Source: Bacillota bacterium
GTDB taxonomy: Bacteria; Bacillota; DTU025
Assembly: GCA_050951805.1 (NCBI GenBank)
Contig: JBMNJT010000008.1
Location: 416,001-480,000 of the forward strand
Direction of reading: 5' to 3'
Length of the DNA stretch: 64,000 nt
This document shows positions 1-9,286 of this stretch, in pieces. The notes under the pieces are model-generated. The model saw only the letters and a list, made by a program, of their open reading frames with translations, was not told the origin of the DNA and did no database searches. Within the stretch, counting starts at the first letter, position 1, and each line of letters starts with the position of its first letter. The translations under genes were made by a program, and so were the position numbers.

Positions 1-140
1 TGGCTAAAGTGCTGTTGGGGTGCGTAAAGCCGGTCTATTCACCGGACAGGCTTTGTTATTTTATGCCTCACGTGAGGCTTTTTGTGCTGTGAAGTTCCAA
101 GTCCATAGGCAGGTTTGTAGAAGCAAAAGGAGTGAGGTGC

Positions 141-1481
141 ATGCCCAAGGGATCGTTCCGAGGGGGAGTCCATCCTCCGGAGAACAAAGAGAGAACGGCC
201 ACATTGCGCACTGTTGTTGCCAGGCGGCCGTCTCAAGTAGCAATAGCGCTTCATCAGGGCTCCAACTGTCCCTTAACGCCTACGGTCGCCAAAGGAGATT
301 ACGTTCGCATGGGGCAGAAGGTTGCCGATACTGATGAAAAATGGGGGGTACCAGCGCATTCTCCCGTCTCAGGCAAGGTTGTCTCCATCGGCCTGGTGCG
401 AACCGCTAGCGGCGTCGAGGACCAGGCCATATTTATTGAACCTGACGGAGAGGATGCATTGGACGAATCGTGTGTGCCTGTCGACAATGTCTTTTCCCGG
501 TCTCCTGAAGAGATTATCAGGATAATTCGGGATGCTGGCATAGTCGGAATGGGAGGGGCGGAGTTTCCAACCCATATTAAGCTTTCGCTGCCTCCGGGGG
601 CTAATGTGGATACTCTGCTTTTGAACGGCGCTGAGTGTGAACCATGCCTCACAGCCGACCACAGGCTGATGGTGGAGCGTCCGCGCGACATTATCAGGGG
701 AGCACAGATCATGATGCGTGCCATCGGTGTTTCTAGGACGCTCATAGGAATAGAAGACAACAAGCCTGATGCGATTCGCGCCATGGGGGACGCTGCTTCA
801 AGCGCTGCAGGCGTAGAAGTCGTGGCTGTAAAGACTAGATATCCTCAAGGGTCTGAAAAGCACCTCATAAAGTCGGTGTTAGGTCGGGAGGTCCCACCTG
901 GAGGCCTACCGTTTACTGTGGGAGTAGTTGTCAGCAATGTTGGCACTTGTGCGGCGGTGTCGAATCGCTTCGATCGTGGACTCCCACTGATTGAGAGAAT
1001 CGTGACTGTGACCGGATCCGCTGTGGCCAAGCCTGCGAATTTGGTTGCCAAGATAGGGACTTCTGCCAGCGACCTTATAGAGGAATGCGGCGGTTTTGTT
1101 GGCCAACCTGGAAAGATCGTTTTTGGAGGCCCAATGATGGGCATGGCAGTGTCGTCGGTTGATGTTCCCATCGGCAAGGGCACATCGGGCATCTTGGTCA
1201 TGAGCAGGGAAGAGTCGGAAGACCTAAAGGAAATGCCATGTATCAAATGCGGCCAATGCGTCGACGCATGTCCCATGCGTTTGGAGCCGGTGTTCCTTCA
1301 CCAATGGAGCAATGCGGGCCTGTGGGACGAAGCAGAGGCTTACCATGCTATGGATTGCATCGAATGTGGTGTGTGCACTTATGTATGCCCATCCCGGCGC
1401 AACTTGGTGCAGGCGATCAAGCGAGCCAAGTTCGAGATCTCGGCTCGGCGTCGGGCCGCTAAGGAACGGGGGAGTAAGTGA
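141..1481 (+). CDS. rnfC: Rnf electron transport complex subunit C
   Basis: GIVGMGGAEFPTHIK, NGAECEP and two CxxCxxCxxxCP ferredoxin motifs; ATG at 141 after AAGGAGTGAGG. Confidence 0.95.
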   Translation: MPKGSFRGGVHPPENKERTATLRTVVARRPSQVAIALHQGSNCPLTPTVAKGDYVRMGQKVADTDEKWGVPAHSPVSGKVVSIGLVRTASGVEDQAIFIEPDGEDALDESCVPVDNVFSRSPEEIIRIIRDAGIVGMGGAEFPTHIKLSLPPGANVDTLLLNGAECEPCLTADHRLMVERPRDIIRGAQIMMRAIGVSRTLIGIEDNKPDAIRAMGDAASSAAGVEVVAVKTRYPQGSEKHLIKSVLGREVPPGGLPFTVGVVVSNVGTCAAVSNRFDRGLPLIERIVTVTGSAVAKPANLVAKIGTSASDLIEECGGFVGQPGKIVFGGPMMGMAVSSVDVPIGKGTSGILVMSREESEDLKEMPCIKCGQCVDACPMRLEPVFLHQWSNAGLWDEAEAYHAMDCIECGVCTYVCPSRRNLVQAIKRAKFEISARRRAAKERGSK

Positions 1482-2461
1482 TGGGAAACACTAAGCTCAT
1501 AGTGACGCCGGCGCCGCACATAAGATCCGGTGATAGCACGCCTGCAATAATGCGTGACGTGGTGATTGCTTTGTTGCCGGCAGCGATCTCTGCAGTCTAC
1601 TTCTTTGGTGCGCAAGCAGCCGTATCTATGGTCTGCAGTGTTGCTGGAGCGGTGGGGGCCGAATACATCTTTGAGAAGATCGCAAAAAAGCCGGTGACGA
1701 TAGGGGACTGGAGCGCTGCTGTAACAGGCCTCTTGATCGCGATGGTTCTTCCGCCGCACGTGCCTGTTTGGATACCGGTCATTGCAGGATTCTTCGCCAT
1801 AGGCGTCGTTAAGCTGCTTTTTGGAGGGCTAGGCCATAATGTATTCAACCCGGCTCTTGCAGGCCGTGCCTTCGCGATTGCCGCTTGGCCAGCTTTGACC
1901 ACTAGTGGTTATCTCTGGCCTGCATCTGCAGAAGGCGCCATCTGGGCTGTGAGGGGCTTTGACGCCATGAGCACCGCAACCCCGCTCACACTGTGGAAAA
2001 TGGGGGAAATAGGCGGAGCTTCGATGTCGAAGTTCTATCAATCGCTATTTGTGGGCAACGTAGCGGGATCATTGGGCGAAACATCTGCGCTGGCGCTGCT
2101 TATTGGCGCGGTTTATCTTCTCTGTAGAGGGCGCATATCCCTGAGAATACCTCTTTCCTATATATTGACAGTAGCCGTAATCACGGGCCTATACGGTCAA
2201 GACCCGCTCTTCCACGTGCTATCAGGCGGGCTGATCCTTGGAGCGTTCTTCATGGCCACTGACTACGTTACATCTCCGATCAATCCAAAGGGCCAGATAA
2301 TCTTCGGTATCGGATGCGGGATCCTGACGGCGTTGATAAGGATGTTCGGCGGGTATCCTGAGGGTGTCTGTTATTCGATCCTGCTCATGAATGCGGCAGT
2401 GCCCCTGATCGACAGGCTCACTCGCCCTAAGCGGTTTGGGGAGGTGACCAGCCGTGCGTGA
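1481..2461 (+). CDS. rnfD: Rnf complex subunit D
   Basis: Membrane protein with FGGLGHNVFNPAL, STATPL (FMN-Thr) and FMATDYVTSP. Confidence 0.95.
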   Translation: MGNTKLIVTPAPHIRSGDSTPAIMRDVVIALLPAAISAVYFFGAQAAVSMVCSVAGAVGAEYIFEKIAKKPVTIGDWSAAVTGLLIAMVLPPHVPVWIPVIAGFFAIGVVKLLFGGLGHNVFNPALAGRAFAIAAWPALTTSGYLWPASAEGAIWAVRGFDAMSTATPLTLWKMGEIGGASMSKFYQSLFVGNVAGSLGETSALALLIGAVYLLCRGRISLRIPLSYILTVAVITGLYGQDPLFHVLSGGLILGAFFMATDYVTSPINPKGQIIFGIGCGILTALIRMFGGYPEGVCYSILLMNAAVPLIDRLTRPKRFGEVTSRA

Positions 2462-3041
2462 CGTGCTCAAGCTGGGACTTGTGTTGATGGTCATATGCGC
2501 GGTTTCGGGCGGGCTTCTCGCCTACGTGCATGGTGTGACCAGTGAGATAATTGATGAACGAAAGGCGCAAGAGGTTGCGGACGCAATGCGCGTCGTGCTT
2601 CCCGCTGCCGAGAGCTTTGAGAAGCTCAGTGATGACGAGCTTGCGTCTATCAAGGCTGACCCGAAGTTCGTTGACGTTGACGAGGTATACGAGGGAGCTC
2701 ACGACGGCAGCCTTGTTGGAATAGTAGCCAAAGTGCAGTCGCCTGGATACGGAGGCAAGATCAGCCTTCTCGTGGGCATGGATCCGGACCTCACCGTCAC
2801 AGGACTGCAAGTTCTTGGGCATAGTGAGACTCCGGGACTTGGCGCGAATATCGCCAAGCCTGAGTTCATATCTGAGTTTATAGGCAGAGGCGGCTCTCAT
2901 CCGCTTGCCGTCGACAAGGACGGCGGCGAGATCTCCGCCATATCGGGAGCGACTATTTCGTCGAGGGGAATGGTGAACGGCGTCAATCTGGTCCGCGATC
3001 TTGTAAATGCCCTCGGCATAGCTGGAGGTGTTGGCAGATGA
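2454..3041 (+). CDS. rnfG: Rnf complex subunit G
   Basis: N-terminal TM helix, ETPGLG, ISGATISS FMN-binding motif. Confidence 0.93.
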   Translation: MRDVLKLGLVLMVICAVSGGLLAYVHGVTSEIIDERKAQEVADAMRVVLPAAESFEKLSDDELASIKADPKFVDVDEVYEGAHDGSLVGIVAKVQSPGYGGKISLLVGMDPDLTVTGLQVLGHSETPGLGANIAKPEFISEFIGRGGSHPLAVDKDGGEISAISGATISSRGMVNGVNLVRDLVNALGIAGGVGR

Positions 3042-3664
3042 GTCCTCTTAAGGCCTTCACCAATGGAATATACAAGGAGAACCCAATATTCAAACTTCTG
3101 TTAGGAATGTGTCCTACGATAGCGGTCTCCCTTGCAGTGTCAAACGGAATAGGTATGGGCCTTGCTGCAACATTCGTCCTTGTGGGGTCGAATTTGATAA
3201 TATCGCTTCTGCGGAAGTTCATACCTTCCGAGATTCGGATACCTTGCTTCATCGTGGTGATCGCGACCTTTGTCACGATAGTCGACCTGAGCATGGAAGC
3301 CTACTTGCCCCAGCTCCACCAGGTGCTTGGCGTGTTCGTTCCGTTGATCGTGGTCAACTGCATCATTCTGGCAAGGGCTGAGGCTTTTGCGTCTAAGAAC
3401 GGGCCCGTGGCATCGATCATGGATGGGCTCGGCATGGGGCTCGGGTTTACGCTCGCCCTCGTGGTGATCTCACTTATCAGGGAGCCTCTGGGAACGGGCG
3501 TCATATTCGCGGCGGCTGACTTGGGGTTTGACGGAATAAAGCTGTTTCCCGCCGAGTATGCGGCGTCTGTGGTGACACAGCCCGTTGGAGGCTTCATCAC
3601 TCTCGGTCTCTTGCTTGGCCTAGTCAATCTGATCACGGATAAGAAAAAGGACAAGCAAGGCTGA
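3038..3664 (+). CDS. rnfE: Rnf complex subunit E
   Basis: LGMCP and PLIVVNCIILARAEAFA motifs. Confidence 0.93.
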   Translation: MSPLKAFTNGIYKENPIFKLLLGMCPTIAVSLAVSNGIGMGLAATFVLVGSNLIISLLRKFIPSEIRIPCFIVVIATFVTIVDLSMEAYLPQLHQVLGVFVPLIVVNCIILARAEAFASKNGPVASIMDGLGMGLGFTLALVVISLIREPLGTGVIFAAADLGFDGIKLFPAEYAASVVTQPVGGFITLGLLLGLVNLITDKKKDKQG

Positions 3665-3679
3665 AAGGGGTGTTTGTAG

Positions 3680-4276
3680 GTGCGTCAGCTGCTGGTAATC
3701 TTGTTTAGCCAGGCTTTTGTGAACAACTTCATGCTCTCGAGGATCCTGGGGACATGCCCGTTCATAGGCGTATCCCAGCAGGTAGAGACTGCAACAGGTA
3801 TGAGCCTCGCTGTGGTGTTCGTTATGACTGTGGCGTCTGCCATTACATGGCTGGTTCAGAATTTCATCCTTAACCCGCTTAACATGGCATATCTCCAGAC
3901 AGTTGCATTCATATTGGTCATTGCGGCCCTTGTGCAACTCATAGAGATGGTTATAAAGAAATCCAGCCCTTCTTTGTACCGGGCTTTGGGCATATACCTC
4001 CCGCTCATCACTACGAACTGTGCGGTGTTGGGTGTGGCGATCATCAACTACCAGGCCAACTACAATCTGTTGGAATCTGCAGTGAGCGGCGCCGCCGGAG
4101 GGCTCGGGTGGGCTCTTGCGATTATTCTTTTTGCGGCCATCAGGGAAAGGCAGAGATTGGCGCCGATACCCCGGGCCATGGAGGGATTCCCTATAGCCCT
4201 TGTAACTACTGGGCTGCTCGCCATGGCTTTTCTGGGCTTTTCGGGTTTTGATGTTGCCAGGTTCATGGGGTTGTAG
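3680..4276 (+). CDS. rnfA: Rnf complex subunit A
   Basis: LGTCPFIGVS and LPLITTNCAVLG motifs. Confidence 0.93.
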   Translation: MRQLLVILFSQAFVNNFMLSRILGTCPFIGVSQQVETATGMSLAVVFVMTVASAITWLVQNFILNPLNMAYLQTVAFILVIAALVQLIEMVIKKSSPSLYRALGIYLPLITTNCAVLGVAIINYQANYNLLESAVSGAAGGLGWALAIILFAAIRERQRLAPIPRAMEGFPIALVTTGLLAMAFLGFSGFDVARFMGL

Positions 4277-4324
4277 GCGCGACGTTTCGACTCATGGTTT
4301 CGCTCGTAGATGGGGGTGACATAG

Positions 4325-5161
4325 ATGAGCAGTCTTAATGCGTTGTTGAGCATGGGGGCTATGGGGCTGATCTTCGGGATTTCGCTCGGGGCTGCATCGA
4401 AGAAGCTAGCAGTAGAGCAGGATCCGAGGATCGATCAGATAATGGAAGTGCTGCCTGGCGCAAACTGCGGGGGATGCGGATTTGCGGGGTGTTCTGCGCT
4501 CGCGGGCGCTATTGTGTCGGGCGATGCGCCTGTAACAGGTTGTCCTGTTGGAAAGAGCGCGGTGGCAGAGAAGATTGCAAAGATAATGGGAGTAGAGTGC
4601 GCAACGACTGAGCCCAAGCATGCAAGAGTCTTGTGTCGCGGGAGTCGCAAAAACGCAGCGGAGCTCTATGAATACAGGGGACTTCAGGATTGCCGATCCG
4701 CCCAGCTTACAGGGGGAGGCGCCAAGGTATGCACCTATGGCTGTCTCGGCTTTGGCTCGTGTGTTGCAGCATGCCAGTTTGGAGCGATGTCGATGGGGCC
4801 TGACGGGCTTCCCGTAGTCGATGATTCGCTCTGCACTGGATGCGGAAAGTGCGTGGGTGTGTGCCCGCGAGGGCTGATCGAGCTTCGTGCTGCGGGGGAG
4901 TCTGTGGACGTGGTGTGCAAATCTCACGCGCGCGGCCCCGTGGTGCGGCAGGCGTGTTCTGTGGGGTGCATCGGGTGTGGACTATGTGCCAGGAATTGTC
5001 CTGAGAAGGCCATAGAGATCGTGAACAATCTCGCCGTTATCGACCAGGCCAAATGCACCAGATGTGGAATTTGCATCGAGAAATGTCCTCAGAAGTGCAT
5101 TGTGGATTCTGCTGGTGTCGAAGGAATTACGCCCGCAAAGAAAGATGAGGCCGCAGTATAG
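4325..5161 (+). CDS. rnfB: Rnf complex subunit B (polyferredoxin type)
   Basis: LPGANCGGCGFAGC plus multiple 4Fe-4S motifs. Confidence 0.93.
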   Translation: MSSLNALLSMGAMGLIFGISLGAASKKLAVEQDPRIDQIMEVLPGANCGGCGFAGCSALAGAIVSGDAPVTGCPVGKSAVAEKIAKIMGVECATTEPKHARVLCRGSRKNAAELYEYRGLQDCRSAQLTGGGAKVCTYGCLGFGSCVAACQFGAMSMGPDGLPVVDDSLCTGCGKCVGVCPRGLIELRAAGESVDVVCKSHARGPVVRQACSVGCIGCGLCARNCPEKAIEIVNNLAVIDQAKCTRCGICIEKCPQKCIVDSAGVEGITPAKKDEAAV

Positions 5162-5445
5162 GCGATCGCTGTTTGTGTTTGCCAGGACCAGCCTCTGTGC
5201 TCAAGTACGGATTGATCAGTGTTTTGATTGACGCGGCCTCGGTCAAAGGCTTGTCCATGGGCGGCGCAAAAGTTGTGGACGGGCTTCCATCTATGGGAGC
5301 CCGTTCTCGTCATTCCAGGTCTTGATCGATGCGACATTCTTGTAAACGTAGAATTCAAATGGTAGACTTAATAAAGGTAAAGAGGGCCCTTTGGGCGGCG
5401 CCGCCTTTGGCATCGCTCTTGTCGGGCGCGGGGAGTTTTGATGTC

Positions 5446-6021
5446 GTGAGTAGGCTGATTTTGGCATCTGCTTCGCCAAGACGTTCTCAGCTTTTGCACG
5501 GGATTGGGTTAGATTTCGAGGTCATCCCGAGCAACGTTGTGGAGGAAGAAGTGAACGGTGCCGACCCTGCAGATCTCGTTATGCGACTTGCGTATGCCAA
5601 GGCTGCTGACGTGGCAGGCGGGATCGATCATGGGCTCGTGATCGGTGCCGATACCATAGTCGTCGCGGACGGGCATGTCCTTGGAAAGCCGGTGGACCGG
5701 GATGATGCTATCCGCATGTTGCACAAACTCTCAGGGAAGGAACACCAGGTATACTCGGGCGTTTCGGTGATAGATGCCGGAAGCGGCAACTCGGCAACTG
5801 AGTATGAGATGACAAATGTCAAGTTTAGGACTGTTTCGGATGAGAAAATAGCAAGATATGTCGATACCGGCGAACCCATGGGCAAGGCTGGCGCTTATGC
5901 CATCCAGGGAATTGGAGGTTTGCTCGTGGAATCGATCAGGGGCGACTACAACTGCGTAGTTGGGCTTCCATTGGGCCGGCTTGCGCTGATGCTTGAGAGT
6001 TTTGGTTATGTAGTTTTTTAG
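5446..6021 (+). CDS. maf: Maf family nucleoside triphosphate pyrophosphatase
   Basis: LILASASPRR, ADT, KAGAYAIQG; GTG at 5446 after GGGAG preferred over the ORF-track start 5329. Confidence 0.92.
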   Translation: MSRLILASASPRRSQLLHGIGLDFEVIPSNVVEEEVNGADPADLVMRLAYAKAADVAGGIDHGLVIGADTIVVADGHVLGKPVDRDDAIRMLHKLSGKEHQVYSGVSVIDAGSGNSATEYEMTNVKFRTVSDEKIARYVDTGEPMGKAGAYAIQGIGGLLVESIRGDYNCVVGLPLGRLALMLESFGYVVF

Positions 6022-6073
6022 TTGTGCCTCGCCATGGCAACGCTTGCACACAAAATGCAGGTGAGGTGCGATA

Positions 6074-6793
6074 ATGAAACAGGTTGACCCTGGACGGTGC
6101 GGGATGGGCCTCAGCATCAGGGAGATGCCTCCCAGCGAAAGGCCGATGGAAAGGTTGCTCGAGCTTGGGCCGGAGGCCCTTTCCACTGCGGAGCTGATAG
6201 CTGTGATAATCAGGTGCGGGCGCCCGGGGGAAAGCGCAGTCGATGTTGCTTCGCGGGTTCTCTCAGAATGCGGTACGGCGAGAAAACTAGCGACAGCAGG
6301 CGTATGCGAGCTATCGAGCATACCAGGAATAGGACCCGTTCGAGCGGCTCAGATAGTTGCAGCCATCGAACTTGGCAGAAGGGTCGTAGTGTCGGAAGGG
6401 GAGCCAAGGCTTTCTATATCCAGCGCGAAAGATGTAGTGGACCTGCTCATGCCGTCAATGCGTTATCTCGAAAAAGAGGAGTTTCGAACCATCTTCCTCG
6501 ATACGAGAAATCGTGTGATTGAAAGTGCGACCATATCCATAGGCACGCTGAACTCTTCCATAGTTCATCCGCGCGAGGTTTTCCGAGCAGCTATTCGCGC
6601 AGGCAGTGCAGGTGTGATCCTGGCCCATAATCATCCAAGCGGTGATCCTGCCCCGAGCCCTGAGGATATTGCAATTACAAAGAGGTTGGTGCGCGCTGGC
6701 GCTTTGATCGGGATAGAAGTGCTGGATCACGTGATAATAGGGGACAATCTGTACATCAGTTTCAAGGAAAAAGGATACATGAATTTCGGCTAA
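6074..6793 (+). CDS. radC: RadC / JAB-domain protein (UPF0758)
   Basis: HhH motif (IPGIGPVRA), VHPREVF, HNHPSGDPxPSxED, LDHVIIG. Confidence 0.93.
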   Translation: MKQVDPGRCGMGLSIREMPPSERPMERLLELGPEALSTAELIAVIIRCGRPGESAVDVASRVLSECGTARKLATAGVCELSSIPGIGPVRAAQIVAAIELGRRVVVSEGEPRLSISSAKDVVDLLMPSMRYLEKEEFRTIFLDTRNRVIESATISIGTLNSSIVHPREVFRAAIRAGSAGVILAHNHPSGDPAPSPEDIAITKRLVRAGALIGIEVLDHVIIGDNLYISFKEKGYMNFG

Positions 6794-6827
6794 TTAAGAA
6801 TCTTGCCACAGAAGGGAGCCATTCGTT

Positions 6828-7868
6828 ATGGCGTGCGCTTCGCTCTTTGGCGGCCTGGCAAGGGACATGGGCATTGACCTTGGCACCGCTAACACACTTG
6901 TATATGTAAGAAGCAAAGGCATAGTGCTTCAGGAACCTTCCGTGATCGCCATCGACCGCGACTCTCAGGAGATCCTGGCCGTGGGTTATGACGCTAAGAA
7001 GATGGTGGGAAGAACGCCTGCAAGCATTGTTGCGGTGAGGCCGATGAGGGACGGCGTAATAGCCGATCTCGACGTGACTGTCACTATGTTGAGGCACTTT
7101 ATTGAAAAGGCCTCAAAGCGGCACGGGGTCTTCAAGCCTCGGGTGGTAATAGGGGTTCCATCAGGTGTTACGCAGGTTGAACGCCGAGTGATACATGACT
7201 CAGCAATACAGGCGGGAGCGAAGGCAGCATTCCTTATCGAAGAGCCGATGGCTGCAGCTATCGGCGCCGGGCTCCCTGTGGAAGACGCCACCGGCAACAT
7301 GGTTGTGGATATCGGCGGCGGAACCACGGAGGTTGCAGTTATATCCCTAGGCGGCATTGTGGCGGCAAAGTCCATTACAACTGCTGGAGACAAGATGGAT
7401 GAAGCCATCGTGAACTACATGAAACGCAACTACAATCTGATGATAGGGGAACGGACTGCAGAGGAGATAAAGAAGACTGTGGGGTCGGCCTACCCTTCGC
7501 AGCAGGAAGAGACTATGGAAGCGCGCGGACGCGACATCGTCAATGGGCTTCCCAAGACTGTAACCATTTCCAACACAGAGATACAGCAAGCGCTCGCCGA
7601 TCCGGTGGGTGAGATTGTGAATGCCGTGCGCATGACTTTGGAGAAAACTCCCCCTGAACTGTCGGCGGACGTGATCGATAAGGGCATCGTCATGACAGGC
7701 GGCGGATCTATGCTGCAGGGGTTGGATAGGCTGCTCTGTGACGTCACGGGCATGCCCGTTTACCTTACTGAGGATCCGCTGACATGTGTCGCGCGGGGAG
7801 CAGGCAACGTCGTGGAGCACCTTACAACCTATAGAAGGGTCCTTGTATCGTCAGGGAGACTCAAGTAA
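6828..7868 (+). CDS. mreB: Rod shape-determining protein MreB
   Basis: IDLGTANT, EEPMAAAIGAG, DIGGGTTE. Confidence 0.96.
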   Translation: MACASLFGGLARDMGIDLGTANTLVYVRSKGIVLQEPSVIAIDRDSQEILAVGYDAKKMVGRTPASIVAVRPMRDGVIADLDVTVTMLRHFIEKASKRHGVFKPRVVIGVPSGVTQVERRVIHDSAIQAGAKAAFLIEEPMAAAIGAGLPVEDATGNMVVDIGGGTTEVAVISLGGIVAAKSITTAGDKMDEAIVNYMKRNYNLMIGERTAEEIKKTVGSAYPSQQEETMEARGRDIVNGLPKTVTISNTEIQQALADPVGEIVNAVRMTLEKTPPELSADVIDKGIVMTGGGSMLQGLDRLLCDVTGMPVYLTEDPLTCVARGAGNVVEHLTTYRRVLVSSGRLK

Positions 7869-7889
7869 GGGCCCAGAGGGGGCGCTCCC

Positions 7890-8741
7890 ATGAACCAGCA
7901 ACCTTTGTCAAAAAGAAGAATCGTTGTTGCGGCAATCTGCATCATCCTCTTGGTGTGCTTGATATACTTCACTGCAAAGGACCGCGACAGGCTCTCTGTT
8001 GCGGAGAAGGCGTTGCGCGAAATATTCTCCCCTATAGCTCGAGGGGCAAGTAAGGTGAGCAGGGAGATCTCATCATGGGCTTCGTATCTTATTTCGATAG
8101 GCGAGACGAAGGCCGAGAATGAGAAGCTTCGGGAGGAGCTTGACGCGTTGCGCTACGAGAACTTGCAGATGGAGGAGGCCTTGCGAGAGAACGAAAGGCT
8201 CAGGGACTTGCTGGAGTTCAAGGAGAGTCTAGGGGGACGCGCCGTCGCCGCCAGGATAAGCTATCGTGACCCAGGAAACTGGCTTTACTCTGTGGCAATC
8301 GACAAGGGTTCAGACCATGGAATTTCAAGCGGGAAACCCGTAGTCACTGCTCGCGGGGTTGTTGGAAGAGTCACGTCTGTCACCCGGAATACGTCTACAG
8401 TGATTCTGACTGTGGATTCCCGGAGTGCTGTTGGTGGCATCGATTTCAGATCACGTGACCTCGTGCTGGTTGAGGGGTTGGGCGACGGTTCAGGTTTGCT
8501 GCACGTTCGTCCTTTGGGCGCAGACAATGATGTGCAGCCAGGGGACATAATCATCACCTCTGGCCTTGGTGGCATATATCCTAAAGGCTACGTGCTCGGT
8601 GATGTAATCTCGGTGGCGCCCGGGAAATATGGTGTGTCGAAATCGGCGTTTGCGCGGCCTCGAGTCGACTTTGACAGGCTCGAAGAGGTCTTGGTCTTGA
8701 TCGATCCGATAAGGGGAGCTATTGGGGAGATGCAGGAATGA
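7890..8741 (+). CDS. mreC: Rod shape-determining protein MreC
   Basis: TM helix, coiled coil (ENERLRDLL), IDKGS, TSGLGGIYPKG; synteny. Confidence 0.93.
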   Translation: MNQQPLSKRRIVVAAICIILLVCLIYFTAKDRDRLSVAEKALREIFSPIARGASKVSREISSWASYLISIGETKAENEKLREELDALRYENLQMEEALRENERLRDLLEFKESLGGRAVAARISYRDPGNWLYSVAIDKGSDHGISSGKPVVTARGVVGRVTSVTRNTSTVILTVDSRSAVGGIDFRSRDLVLVEGLGDGSGLLHVRPLGADNDVQPGDIIITSGLGGIYPKGYVLGDVISVAPGKYGVSKSAFARPRVDFDRLEEVLVLIDPIRGAIGEMQE

Positions 8742-9253
8742 AAAGGTTGAACAGACTGCATATTGCTTTAGGCATGTTCGTTGCATTGCTGTTGCAGGCT
8801 GCGGTCTTTCCTGTGCTTTTCCCCAGGTGGGTAGTGCCCGACCTGGTGTTTTGTTTTTCGGCAGTAATGTCCATCATAGCGGGAACTGGGCCTGGCGTCG
8901 TTCTCGCAGCTATCGGCGGACTATGCCAAGATGCGCTCAGCGGATCGTTCATGGGCGCAAGCGCTGGTGCGAACATGGCCGCGGCATGGATTATCGGCTT
9001 GGTTGAGCCCCAGCTTTTTAAGGAGAATTTGATTACGCCAGTGGTCATCGTGGGCGCGGGAACGGTGATCCGTGAGGTGATTTACACATTCGTTATCTGG
9101 TCATTTGGCGCAGGCATCGATTGGGCCAGAGCGTTTGGAACGGTGATTCCGTGGGTTGCGGTGCTCAATTGTTGCGCGGGCGCCCTGCTCCACTACTGGA
9201 TCTACCTTCGTCCACGGGACCGAGAGCGTTTACGATCGGTTTCGTCTGTCTAG
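8738..9253 (+). CDS. mreD: Rod shape-determining protein MreD
   Basis: Hydrophobic protein with PDL and GLxQD; synteny. Confidence 0.88.
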   Translation: MKRLNRLHIALGMFVALLLQAAVFPVLFPRWVVPDLVFCFSAVMSIIAGTGPGVVLAAIGGLCQDALSGSFMGASAGANMAAAWIIGLVEPQLFKENLITPVVIVGAGTVIREVIYTFVIWSFGAGIDWARAFGTVIPWVAVLNCCAGALLHYWIYLRPRDRERLRSVSSV

Positions 9254-9286
9254 ACTTTTGGAGTGAAGCTTTTCCGGGGTTGATGT

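Noticed and set aside
141-6793. rnf operon adjacent to maf-radC-mreBCD as a novel link between energy conservation and cell shape
   Set aside because: This adjacency is common in clostridial genomes.
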